The notes under the pieces: generated by a model
What the model was told of the DNA's origin: nothing
Databases searched by the model: none
What the model saw: only the letters and a program-made list of their open reading frames with translations
Assembly (NCBI GenBank): GCA_028687275.1
Contig: JAQUAK010000001.1
Location: 507,024 to 571,023, forward strand
DNA from: Patescibacteria group bacterium
Lineage (GTDB): Bacteria > Patescibacteriota > Patescibacteriia > Patescibacteriales > UBA12465
Direction: 5' to 3'
Length of the DNA stretch: 64,000 nt
In this document: piece by piece, positions 40,462-50,131 of the stretch
How the letters are laid out: the number at the start of each line of letters is the position of its first letter
Numbering within the stretch: position 1 is the stretch's first letter
Made by a program: the position numbers and the translations under genes

Positions 40462-40865
40462 ATTTTTTTATCCAGCAAGGAAGCTAAACTTCTTTGACCC
40501 AGACTCTTTTTTATATCACCTAATAATAATGGCCAAGCCCCTTTTAAACCACAGTCTTGAAAGTGTGGACAGGCTTTAGTCTTACTATGATTACAGCGTA
40601 CTTTTATTTCACCAGATAAAGCCTCTAAAATATCTAAGGCCTGAATACCTTCTGGCTCACGGGATAAGTAATAACCGCCACCAGCACCCTCTTTACTTTT
40701 CACTAAACCAGCATCCTGTAGAGATTTAGCGATTTGACTTAGATAAGATGAAGACACCCCTAAAACTTTGGCGAGAGGTGAAAGTGGCAATATTTGCCCT
40801 GAGTAACGTGCTAATTCCATCATAATCAGCAAGCCATAATCCGTTTTGGTTGAAATCTGAAACAT
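40458..40865 (-). CDS. Rrf2-family regulator with three Cys
   Basis: STKTDYGL, S..GAGGGY, C-x8-C-x5-C. Confidence 0.93.
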   Translation of the reverse strand: MFQISTKTDYGLLIMMELARYSGQILPLSPLAKVLGVSSSYLSQIAKSLQDAGLVKSKEGAGGGYYLSREPEGIQALDILEALSGEIKVRCNHSKTKACPHFQDCGLKGAWPLLLGDIKKSLGQRSLASLLDKKI

Positions 40866-40867
40866 AT

Positions 40868-40919
40868 TTATAGTTAACTATAAGTAAATTCATTATAGTT
40901 AATATTTAAAAAAAAGCAA
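40868..40919 (-). promoter_or_regulatory. suf promoter with palindromic operator
   Basis: Perfect 16-bp palindrome TTATAGTTAACTATAA (40868-40883); half-site repeat at 40893-40902 overlapping TATAAT; TTGCTT at 40919-40914. Confidence 0.6.
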
Positions 40920-40934
40920 GAGCTAGAACTCTTT

Positions 40935-41128
40935 AAAAGAAAAAGGGCCGCAATTATCAAAAAAGATAAAAGCGGCCCCAAAAAAAGCAAAAGCAAAGGT
41001 AGAAAAAACAGAAAACAGAAAATTCATTAACTCTCCAAGAAAGGAAAAGATGCTACCCAGCCAGCTTATATAATGTACTATATCTCATTCAGTATATGGA
41101 TTTTACTATATACCTATAAAGATGTCAA
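40935..41128 (-). ncRNA. Candidate ~160-nt sRNA or attenuator leader upstream of the suf operon
   Basis: TTGACA-N17-TAAAAT (41128-41100), pyrimidine-rich body, GGGCCGC..GCGGCCC hairpin plus U tract. Confidence 0.5.
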
Positions 41129-41201
41129 TCCCTTTTTCAAGCTTATAATTACAACACAAAAAAACACTAATTTTAGACAAAATAAATCAGCAAGTCCAGC
41201 C

Positions 41202-42494
41202 TTATAAGGAATATTCAGTCAATACTTTTAAATCATTATTAATAGCCTGCTGTAATTCTTGTGGATTATTAAACTGTCGCACCTCTCTAATTTTCTTTAA
41301 TACCTGGACCAAAACAATTTCGCCGTAAATATCAGACGAAAAATCTTTAATTAAAACCTCTAAAGAGACTTCGGCTCTAAAAATATCTTTATAACCAAAA
41401 TGCATCAAGCCTAAATATTCTTCACCCTTTACTTTAATGCTGACAATATAAATTCCATGCACAATATCAAGATCAACTTTATCTAAATTAGCAGTAGCAA
41501 AGCCTAAACTCTTACCCTTGCCTTGCCCCTTAATTACTTTGGCACTAAAAATTATTTTAGACGCCCGCTTTAATAAGGATATTTTTATAAAAGAGATAAG
41601 CAAAAGAATAAAGGCAATGCTTTGAGTTAAATTTAAGTAACTGTGGTTAAATAAATAATCCAAAATGATTGCAGAGAAAGGCCAAAACAATTCTAAAATA
41701 GTAGCAGCCGAAGCGCTCACCCGACGTAAACCAAAATAATAAATAAACATTGCTCCTGCCCCACTAGTTAAAACGATTAGGGCCAAGAAAGACCACTGGC
41801 TAGATGTAATTAAAGCGGTGTTAGTAATTGTGCCACTAGAAACGATTAGCATTAAAGCTAAAAGTGAGGTTAAGGCAAAACGTAAAGCGGCAACAGCGCG
41901 ATAATCCAGATGATTAGCAATACGTTTACCAAAAACTGTGGAAGAGCCAAAGGCGAAAGCGGCAACTACTGCAAAAATAGCCGCATTGTGTTGCCAATCA
42001 ATCATATGCCAACTTAGACCGCTCCCAGCAAAAGCTAAAAAATAACTTGCAATAATTGCTAGAGCTGCCCACCAATAGAATTGCTGAGGTAATTTTTCTT
42101 TTAAAATAATCCGAGCTAGAAATAAGGCAAAGATTGGTTGCAGCTTCTGTAAAATAACTACTGTGGCAAAACCAACCTCACCGTCAAAAGCAGCAAAAAA
42201 AGCTTTAGTAATATAAATAGTACCAATCAAACCACCAAAAAGACTAACCCAAAATATTGCCAGCCAACTTTTCCGACTCATAGCTATAATCTTAGGCCAA
42301 AAGATAAATATAAATGGACTTAACACTAGAAAACCAAGAAAATGCTCCCAAAAGACTAAAATCTCCGGTGGTAAAGAATAAAAGAGGGGACGTAAAAATA
42401 AACCATCAATACTCCATAAAAGAGCAGCCAACATAATCGCTAAAGCACCCAACAACCTAGCCGAAGATATTTTATTACTTTTTAATACAGGCAT
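41202..42494 (-). CDS. EamA/DMT transporter fused to a riboflavin kinase domain
   Basis: About 10 TM EamA repeats (KLQPIF..LKE), then VIKGQGKGKSLGFATANL...LEVLIKDFSSDIYG...IREVRQF flavokinase motifs. Confidence 0.88.
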   Translation of the reverse strand: MPVLKSNKISSARLLGALAIMLAALLWSIDGLFLRPLFYSLPPEILVFWEHFLGFLVLSPFIFIFWPKIIAMSRKSWLAIFWVSLFGGLIGTIYITKAFFAAFDGEVGFATVVILQKLQPIFALFLARIILKEKLPQQFYWWAALAIIASYFLAFAGSGLSWHMIDWQHNAAIFAVVAAFAFGSSTVFGKRIANHLDYRAVAALRFALTSLLALMLIVSSGTITNTALITSSQWSFLALIVLTSGAGAMFIYYFGLRRVSASAATILELFWPFSAIILDYLFNHSYLNLTQSIAFILLLISFIKISLLKRASKIIFSAKVIKGQGKGKSLGFATANLDKVDLDIVHGIYIVSIKVKGEEYLGLMHFGYKDIFRAEVSLEVLIKDFSSDIYGEIVLVQVLKKIREVRQFNNPQELQQAINNDLKVLTEYSL

Positions 42495-42597
42495 ATTTTA
42501 TAAAAATAAAAAGATAGATTAATCTATCTTTTCATTTTAGATTATTTTGAGTTTAAATACAAAATAACATCATATATAATTAAATCCCTAGATGAAT

Positions 42598-43362
42598 TTA
42601 GGCCTTTTTCTTAGCCTTAGTTACTTTAGGAGCCTTAGCTTTCACAGTTTTTACCTTAATAACCTTTTCAGTCTTTTTGTCTGACTTAAGGGTCGCCGCC
42701 TTAGGCTTAGCTACTAATTTCTTAACAGCCACTTTCTCTCCTGTCTTTACTGCAACTTCTTTCTTAGCTGCCTCCTTAACCACGTCTTCAATCTTTTCTG
42801 TTTTAGGGGCTCTATTTTTAGAATCTAATAAAGCAATAATTTTATCTAACTTTGCATTTAAAGAATTTAACTGGTCATTAGACATAGCCTCAGCTTTAGC
42901 TGGTCTTTTAGTGTTTGATTCACTACCATGAAAACAATCGGAACAAAAAATTGGTTTACCCGCAGTTGGACGAAATGGAACTTCACATTCATTATGGCAT
43001 TCCTGACAAACTGCTTTAAACATTGCTTTTGGAGCAGAAAAATCACGTTCACGATTATTAGTTGGAGCTGAAAATTCACGATCACGTCCAGAAAATGATC
43101 TTGGCTCTTCTCCACGTTGAATAGCAAAGCAATTACTGCATAAAACAGGTTTAGTGCCACTTGGACGAAATGGAACTTCACAATCGTTACCGCAATCACT
43201 GCAAATAGCGTGATGCATAGTTGGGCGTTCAGAATCTCTCCCGCCACCAAAACCACCTTGGCGAGGCTTACCAAAACCACCGCGACTAGAACCACCGCTT
43301 CTAAAATTGTCTCGTCCGCCAAAACCACCTGGTTTTCTTGAACCTCCTTGAAAATCTTTCAT
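42598..43362 (-). CDS. CxxC-x17-CxxC domain protein (two zinc ribbons) with RGG-like N-terminus and Lys/Ala tail
   Basis: CSDC..CEVPFRP..CSNCF and CQEC..CEVPFRP..CSDCF; start set at ATG 43362. Confidence 0.88.
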   Translation of the reverse strand: MKDFQGGSRKPGGFGGRDNFRSGGSSRGGFGKPRQGGFGGGRDSERPTMHHAICSDCGNDCEVPFRPSGTKPVLCSNCFAIQRGEEPRSFSGRDREFSAPTNNRERDFSAPKAMFKAVCQECHNECEVPFRPTAGKPIFCSDCFHGSESNTKRPAKAEAMSNDQLNSLNAKLDKIIALLDSKNRAPKTEKIEDVVKEAAKKEVAVKTGEKVAVKKLVAKPKAATLKSDKKTEKVIKVKTVKAKAPKVTKAKKKA

Positions 43363-43483
43363 AGTAATAAAATTAATTTTTATAAATAAATTACCCATCA
43401 AAAAAGCAGATGCCTTGTCTGAGCAGAATTATCGTAGCACGTAAAGTAAAATAAGGGAAATATTTCGTAAAGCTCCTTAAATA

Positions 43484-46400
43484 CTATTTTTGAACTTGAC
43501 TATTTTGTAGATAAACAGCCCTTAAGTCTTTCTCATAGCTATAACTCCCCACTGAATAGGGTTTCATCAAATCTATTACAACTTCCTCCCCTTGATCATC
43601 CTTTGAAACTGATCTTTCCAAAGCTTTTTGGAAAAGGCCGGCCCGATTAGTAGAGCGACCATGTTTTTTATCTAAAACTACACCCTGATAATTATTTTCT
43701 TGAGCAAAAGTAATAGTTAAATCCTTTAATTTATTATAAAGCTTCTTAGCGGAAACTTCTGAGACTAAGCCTACAGAAGGATTTGGGCAAAATAATAAAT
43801 ATTTTTTATCTTTAGACTCTGATAAAGTCTTAAGCATAACTGTTCCCGTGCAGCGATTACGCTCTTGATCAAATAAAACCATTTCAAAATAATCTTTATC
43901 CTCCCACATTGTGCTATCGGTAGCCAAACAAACATCACCCACCATCCTTGCTAGAGCGTTCTCCTTATTCTTACTAAAGTAGGCAACAATTTCTCGGTTC
44001 TTCTTTAATTTTTTTTCCTTTCTATCATCATCGATTTCTATTATTTCTTCATACTTAGAGGCCTCACTTTGAATCTCTTGATAAGTACGCGCCTGTGCTT
44101 TTTCCAAATTAGCTAACTGTCCCTGCTCACACACAAGAGAAGCTTTGCCTAATAGACTTTCCGACCAAACTTGAGCAAAGTTATTGAAATTGTCAGCGGA
44201 AAACATAGCCGCCAGTTCAAGAGAATTATTTTTAATAAAATCATGACCCTGAAAAGAATTCTCTAAACTTTTTTTAATCTTTCTTCTAATAACATCATCA
44301 CTAATTTTTTCAGCTGGAATTAGAGATAGATCGGCTTGTATTTTTGCTCCTAAGTTTTGAAGTTTAATGGCAACCTCCTCTTGATTATTTGATTTTAAAT
44401 AATCTTTATCTTCAGAGCGACTAAGATTAGATTGAATTTTTTTAATTGTCTCCTTTAAATTATCGCCATAGCGATCCAACAATTCATCCAGCATAATATA
44501 ATTTTTAGAGTCTTCATCATCTGATTCTTTCAACCTGTCAGCACTAGCACTTATGAATTGGTCATAAGAACCTATAAGTTGATAGGCTAAAACAACCTTC
44601 ATATTTTCGCTATCATAGCCTTTATCATCAAGATACTCGAGCAACCTCCCTTCTAAACTTTTTGCCTTGCCCTCAGGGTTCTCTTTAGTTAAAAATTCCA
44701 ACAACTTATCAGCATCGGCTAATAATTTTACTTCCTCTACCCTTCTTTTATAAGTAGTTAATAATTCAAGATCAGGATTAGCTCCTTCTTTTAAGCGATA
44801 GCCAGTCAATCCACTTAAAGCAAACTTTTCCCCGTCGGGGTTAAACTTTAAATTTTCAAGATCAGAACTCTTGTCTGCATAATTACCTAAATCTTTGTAA
44901 GTATCATAGTTTCTCTGAGGATAAACTAAACGTAGTGATAAAAGATAGTGTTCATCTTCTTGATTTTGAGGCAAATTGTGAGAAATATTATTAGCCTTAG
45001 CTTGTAAAGTTTGTAAAAAATCAACTCTTTCTGCCTCCGTCTTATTCTTGGCAATCTTCAAATATTCTGCCATAAAAGCATAATCAGAAGAAGAGGCCTT
45101 AAAAGATGAGCAAGAGGATAAAAATAAGTCTAAATTAGAATCATTTCTCTCCAAAATTCCATCTGAAATCAAAGAAGAAAACTGTCTCAACAGGCGCTTA
45201 TCGCCATTAAAATCAAAACTTTCAAACTGACGCACATAAAAAGAATCGGCAGGCTTATTTTTAATCTTAGCAAATAAATCTATATCAACATTAGCTTCAA
45301 CAGCCTGATCAAAATCATCTCCAGATAAAGTTAAATTTAAATTGCTAAAATTTAAACTCCCTAGAATATTAACGGCCATTCCACCATCAATTAATTTTTG
45401 TAAAACCTGTTCCTGTTCTACCTCATCTAATAATGTTAAATCTTTACCAAGTAAATACAGTAATTCTTTAGGATGCTCGAGCCCCTTATCTAAAAAATAA
45501 TCCCAAACGCCTATTTTCTGTAAACTTTTAATATTATTATTGTCTGCAATTAAGGAAAAGTTATCATCAATTATTTTTTGGAAGTCAACTGGTGCTAGAT
45601 TAAATTTGCTTAAATTAGTAGAAACTAAATACTGCTTATTTAGACTAACTAAAAAATCAGCCGTTTTCTTACTAAGATTTTTAAATTTAGAAATATTGTC
45701 TACAACAACATCCTGATAACCCTCATTAACTAAAGCTAAAGCAATCTCTTCATCTATGGCATAGTGAGAATATCTTATCTGTCGAGCTAAAATATCAGCT
45801 CGCCCCTCCTTAATTATATTTAAATAATCAGAGCTTAGTAGTTTTTTCTCAAAAACATTACTTAGCAATAAACAGGTATTTTTTTGCTTGGACATTTCCA
45901 CTCGCAATTTATCAAAATCAAAAGAACTAGCAGTGCTAAAAGAAAGACGATTAAAAACAGCCGCCGCATTACCCTGACTCACCATTTGCATGCATTTATC
46001 CAAATCTATACTAGCCATAAAGGTTGGGGGCGCCGCTTCATCAAGCTCCTTATTTAGCCTGTCCCGATCTTGTCTATACTGCTCTTTCTCTCCGACTGAT
46101 AACAAGGGACTAATATCTTCGTCTTCAATAAAAATTCCAAATTTTAAAAATAAAGGATATAGCTCATTCAAATCTTCTCTGCTCTGTATGTTTTTTTGTG
46201 TCCAATTTTTTATTTTTTCATCATTGTGCTGGCTATCTGTAATAAGAGCACTTTTAATGAACTCAACGGGATTAGCGTCTGGAAATCTTTCAAAATTATT
46301 AAAAATATAATCTATATTTCTAGCCGCCATATCTTTAAACACTAGTGGACTAAAAGATTCAAACTTAGAAATGTTTTGGCTAGCGTAGGCCTGATAACTA

Positions 46401-47311
46401 TCACCTCTTTGTAGAAGATCATCAGCCACAAATGGAGGCAATGTTTTATAATGATAGTAATCTTTATTTTCATAAAAATTATCCATTAAACCAAGCTTAC
46501 GCCAAACTAAAGCTTCATCGGCCTGTCGATTACCGTAATACTCTAAATAAGCGCCATTGGCATTTATATTATATGGATACTTGCTAGCGACATAGTTCTT
46601 AGCATCTTCATAAAATTTATTACGTTTATATTCATTAACAGTCACCTCTAAAATATCATCCTGATCTAATTTATCGCTCTCCACAAATTCTTTGGGCAGA
46701 CCATCAAGACCACAAGACAAAAGCATTAATTTATTTGTATAAACAGCATCGGCATTTACATCAACTGCCTTAAGAGCTAAATGTGATTTAATATTAATTA
46801 ACTTCCTCAATTCTATAATATCATTATCTAAATCTTTAACAGGCGATTCCTGGCTGTCCGCTCTAATATCACTTAACTCCTGCAACCAGCCTTGCAATAT
46901 ATCTTCCGATGAAGTCTCAAGGTCTGAACGCTCTAAATAATGAGAAAAAATTTGAGAGGCTAAACCAAACTCTTGATCTATTTTTTTCCAATAATTTTCT
47001 TCCTCTAATTGTTCAGAGGAATCATTTTTTTCTTCCCTTTTTTGAAATAAAGATTTAAATTTATTGACTAAGGGTAAGAGTAACTTATACCGACTAGCTG
47101 CCGCTTCTTTTATTTCCATTTGCGCCTCCGCACAAGCCTCTAAGGCCTCAGGTTCGCGCAAGGACGCTGACAAATCATTATTCTCTGCAAGTGCTGACTG
47201 CTCAGCTTGACTAAAATCAAGCAAGGCATGGTCTACTTTTTTATCCCAATTATTTTCGACCTTCTGTTCATTATTTTCTAAATCATTTTTACCCTTTTCA
47301 AATTGAGCCAT
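43484..47311 (-). CDS. Large hypothetical protein (1275 aa)
   Basis: Long acidic, helical-repeat-like ORF; no family recognised. Confidence 0.8.
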   Translation of the reverse strand: MAQFEKGKNDLENNEQKVENNWDKKVDHALLDFSQAEQSALAENNDLSASLREPEALEACAEAQMEIKEAAASRYKLLLPLVNKFKSLFQKREEKNDSSEQLEEENYWKKIDQEFGLASQIFSHYLERSDLETSSEDILQGWLQELSDIRADSQESPVKDLDNDIIELRKLINIKSHLALKAVDVNADAVYTNKLMLLSCGLDGLPKEFVESDKLDQDDILEVTVNEYKRNKFYEDAKNYVASKYPYNINANGAYLEYYGNRQADEALVWRKLGLMDNFYENKDYYHYKTLPPFVADDLLQRGDSYQAYASQNISKFESFSPLVFKDMAARNIDYIFNNFERFPDANPVEFIKSALITDSQHNDEKIKNWTQKNIQSREDLNELYPLFLKFGIFIEDEDISPLLSVGEKEQYRQDRDRLNKELDEAAPPTFMASIDLDKCMQMVSQGNAAAVFNRLSFSTASSFDFDKLRVEMSKQKNTCLLLSNVFEKKLLSSDYLNIIKEGRADILARQIRYSHYAIDEEIALALVNEGYQDVVVDNISKFKNLSKKTADFLVSLNKQYLVSTNLSKFNLAPVDFQKIIDDNFSLIADNNNIKSLQKIGVWDYFLDKGLEHPKELLYLLGKDLTLLDEVEQEQVLQKLIDGGMAVNILGSLNFSNLNLTLSGDDFDQAVEANVDIDLFAKIKNKPADSFYVRQFESFDFNGDKRLLRQFSSLISDGILERNDSNLDLFLSSCSSFKASSSDYAFMAEYLKIAKNKTEAERVDFLQTLQAKANNISHNLPQNQEDEHYLLSLRLVYPQRNYDTYKDLGNYADKSSDLENLKFNPDGEKFALSGLTGYRLKEGANPDLELLTTYKRRVEEVKLLADADKLLEFLTKENPEGKAKSLEGRLLEYLDDKGYDSENMKVVLAYQLIGSYDQFISASADRLKESDDEDSKNYIMLDELLDRYGDNLKETIKKIQSNLSRSEDKDYLKSNNQEEVAIKLQNLGAKIQADLSLIPAEKISDDVIRRKIKKSLENSFQGHDFIKNNSLELAAMFSADNFNNFAQVWSESLLGKASLVCEQGQLANLEKAQARTYQEIQSEASKYEEIIEIDDDRKEKKLKKNREIVAYFSKNKENALARMVGDVCLATDSTMWEDKDYFEMVLFDQERNRCTGTVMLKTLSESKDKKYLLFCPNPSVGLVSEVSAKKLYNKLKDLTITFAQENNYQGVVLDKKHGRSTNRAGLFQKALERSVSKDDQGEEVVIDLMKPYSVGSYSYEKDLRAVYLQNSQVQK

Positions 47312-47316
47312 ATAAA

Positions 47317-47487
47317 TTAACTAAGATTTTTAAAGCTTTGCCTTAGCGATGCTAATTCGTCTTTAGATTTAAGTTTAAGAATCGATTTAATTCGGCGATT
47401 ACGCTTAGCTTGAATACGAAATAAATCAGCCGCAAAATCAGCATTAACGCCTTCAATCGATTGCATTATTTTATCAGCTTCTTTCAT
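47317..47487 (-). CDS. 56-aa basic protein (MKEADKIMQSIEG...SFKNLS), missed by the ORF track
   Basis: Manual translation; TGCTATAAT 8 nt before ATG; stop 5 nt before the 1275-aa gene. Confidence 0.65.
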   Translation of the reverse strand: MKEADKIMQSIEGVNADFAADLFRIQAKRNRRIKSILKLKSKDELASLRQSFKNLS

Positions 47488-47532
47488 ATTTATTTATTAT
47501 AGCATTAGTGATAAACACTGTTAATAAAATAA

Positions 47533-47829
47533 TTAGTACATTAAATAAAAATAATAAAATAAAAAAATGTTTTGAACAATCAATAAAGGAATCCCTATCA
47601 AAAAATACCATTTCCTAGTTTTATGGCGAAAAACAAACATGCCGACATAAACACCTAAAGCACCGAAAGCAGTGGCCAGAAAAAATAACTTTCCTTCAGA
47701 GATACGCCCTGATCCATGTTTCTTAGATTTTATTTTATCCACGAGCATAATAGCAAAAGCCGAGATATTAATTACCGTATAAAATAATAATAACTGATTC
47801 AAGAAGCTTAAATTTAAACTGGTCAGCAT
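47533..47829 (-). CDS. DUF1294 family membrane protein
   Basis: DKIKS..GRISEGKLF..G.LG...GMFVFRHKTRK. Confidence 0.9.
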   Translation of the reverse strand: MLTSLNLSFLNQLLLFYTVINISAFAIMLVDKIKSKKHGSGRISEGKLFFLATAFGALGVYVGMFVFRHKTRKWYFLIGIPLLIVQNIFLFYYFYLMY

Positions 47830-47838
47830 ATAATTATT

Positions 47839-49143
47839 TTAATTAAATACACTTAGTTGCCCTGGTTTATTATAAATCTGTGGCCTATTCTCTTGAGCAA
47901 TAATAGATAGCGACAAAAGCTCCTGATCATAGGCAGCCACTTGAGGATCCAGCCGATAGGCCATCTCATTAATACCAGATAAGTACAGGCCATCTAAACT
48001 AGTTAAGCGTGATAAAGCTACATAACCCATGCCGTAACCAAAAGATTTACTCAAATCAATCTCTGCCGCCTCTAAAGTCATGCCCTGACTCTTATGAACG
48101 GTAATAGCCCAAGCTAGACGCAAAGGAATCTGATTTATTTTGGCTAGAATTTTATTTTCATCATCAACTGTCCAGCTATCTGGAGTAACTAAAATTTCTT
48201 CACCAGAATTTAAGCGTACCAAGGGAAACTTTTCATCATCAAAACCAACTACTACTCCCATGGTGCCATTTACATACACAACCTTGTCATCTTTAAACTT
48301 ATTCTTTACAAACATCACCAAAGCCCCTTGCTTTAAAATTAAATTTTCAGGAGCGAGACAATTCTTCTTTAGGGTCTCTAATAATTTCCTATCTCCTTCG
48401 CCGGTCATACGAAAACTAATTTCTTCCGCCTTAATTTTATCTAATTCAGCCTGATTAATACTATCTACATCAGCGTTGTGAGTGTAAAGGCGCACCGGCT
48501 TAATCCCCCGCTTCGGTTTTACTTTTAAACGTGATTCTAATAAGGAGATTGTTTTAGCTTCTAATTTATTCTGGCGTAAGCGTGTTAAAATATTAGTCAT
48601 TTGTTTATCATTCTGACGGTGCTGTTCATCAAGATAACAAATACGCACATCCATTTCCGGCCAAACATTAGCCTTATAAACAAACTCGGCCTCAGCCTGT
48701 CCATGACTAATAGGCGGTAACTGAAAAAAATCCCCCGACATCACAATTTGCAGGCCGCCAAAGGGCAAAGAATTTTGCTTAAAAGTTTGGCAAACGCCAT
48801 CAATCATATCCAGTCGATGAGCGTGCAACATAGAAATCTCATCAATGATTAAAACCTTAGTTTTCTCAAACTGCTTTTTCAAATATGATTTTTTACTTAA
48901 AGCCTGTAATTCTCTAGCATTTAAGCTATCCCTAATGCCAATGCCAGCCCAAGAATGGATAGTGCGACCACCAATATGAGTCGCGGCGATACCAGTAGAG
49001 GCGGTAACAGCGACTCCGATTTCTTTCTTCTTTAAATAAGCAATATATTGGTTCAATAGAAAAGTCTTCCCACTGCCAGCCGGACCAGTTAAAAGGACAT
49101 TGTGCCCTGATTCTAAAATAGTGAAAGCTTCCTTTTGAGTCAT
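47839..49143 (-). CDS. Pif1-family 5'-3' DNA helicase
   Basis: GPAGSGKT, TASTGIAA, DEISM, GDFFQLPP, AWAITVHKSQG, YVALSR. Confidence 0.93.
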   Translation of the reverse strand: MTQKEAFTILESGHNVLLTGPAGSGKTFLLNQYIAYLKKKEIGVAVTASTGIAATHIGGRTIHSWAGIGIRDSLNARELQALSKKSYLKKQFEKTKVLIIDEISMLHAHRLDMIDGVCQTFKQNSLPFGGLQIVMSGDFFQLPPISHGQAEAEFVYKANVWPEMDVRICYLDEQHRQNDKQMTNILTRLRQNKLEAKTISLLESRLKVKPKRGIKPVRLYTHNADVDSINQAELDKIKAEEISFRMTGEGDRKLLETLKKNCLAPENLILKQGALVMFVKNKFKDDKVVYVNGTMGVVVGFDDEKFPLVRLNSGEEILVTPDSWTVDDENKILAKINQIPLRLAWAITVHKSQGMTLEAAEIDLSKSFGYGMGYVALSRLTSLDGLYLSGINEMAYRLDPQVAAYDQELLSLSIIAQENRPQIYNKPGQLSVFN

Positions 49144-49240
49144 AAGATAATTATAGGGTTAATTGAAGTTAGCGACAAGTAAATCACAAGAACGGAAAAA
49201 GCGGACTCTAGCCCGCTTTTTTATAAAATTCATTTTAAAT

Positions 49241-49981
49241 TTATCGTAATGTATAACCACCGTCAACTATGAGAGTTTGACCAGTGATATAGTCAGCCTG
49301 ATTAGAGACCAAGAAAGTAACGGCTTGGGCAATATCTTCTGGCAAACCCATCCTACCCCAAGGGATAGATGCTTCAGTTTGCTTCTTAAGATCAGCGCTC
49401 ATACTGCCGCTAGCACCAGGAGTTTCTATAGCTCCAGGGGCGACACTATTAACATTAATTTTTTGACTAGCCAGTTCTAAGGCCAAGGCTCTAGTCATGG
49501 CCACAATACCACCTTTAGTAGCGCAGTAATGAGTCAGGCCGGCAAAACCAACAAAAGCGGCAATGGAAGAAATGCTAACAATCTTTGAACCTGCTTTCAT
49601 TTTCTTAGCAGCTGCTTGTGAACATAAAAATACGCCCTTAAGATTCACTGCCATAACCTGATCCCAGTCAGCCTCTGTCATTTCTAAAAAAGGTTTAAAG
49701 GGGAAAATACCAGCATTATTAACCAAAATATCAATTTGCTTAAATTCAGTTTCAGCTGCCGCTATTAATTGAGCCACATCTTGAGCCTTGGTGACATCGC
49801 ATTTAAACGCTAAGGCTTGTCCGCCTTTGTTTTTAATCTCAGTTACAAGCTGCTCACAATCTTCAATTTTTAAATCACTAACTAAAACTCTAACTCCAGC
49901 CTCAGCTAAAATTAGGGCGATACCACGACCAATGCCACGACCAGCCCCAGTAACTATAGCCACTTTGTTTTGTAAATTCAT
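49241..49981 (-). CDS. SDR oxidoreductase (FabG-like)
   Basis: TGAGRGIG, NNAG, YCATK, VDGG. Confidence 0.93.
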   Translation of the reverse strand: MNLQNKVAIVTGAGRGIGRGIALILAEAGVRVLVSDLKIEDCEQLVTEIKNKGGQALAFKCDVTKAQDVAQLIAAAETEFKQIDILVNNAGIFPFKPFLEMTEADWDQVMAVNLKGVFLCSQAAAKKMKAGSKIVSISSIAAFVGFAGLTHYCATKGGIVAMTRALALELASQKINVNSVAPGAIETPGASGSMSADLKKQTEASIPWGRMGLPEDIAQAVTFLVSNQADYITGQTLIVDGGYTLR

Positions 49982-50131
49982 ATGAATAAGTTTAATAATA
50001 TAAAGATATTATAGCATAAATAAGCCTAATATTCTACTAACAGAAAAGCCGGTGTTAGCACAATTAGACATTTAATTAACAAAACAGCCGTCATTATAAA
50101 AGACGGCTGTTTTAAATAATAAAAACTGAAT

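Noticed and set aside
42867-43328. 153-aa hydrophobic alternative-frame ORF
   Set aside because: Frame-shifted reading of the low-complexity CxxC-x17-CxxC gene, with no independent signals.
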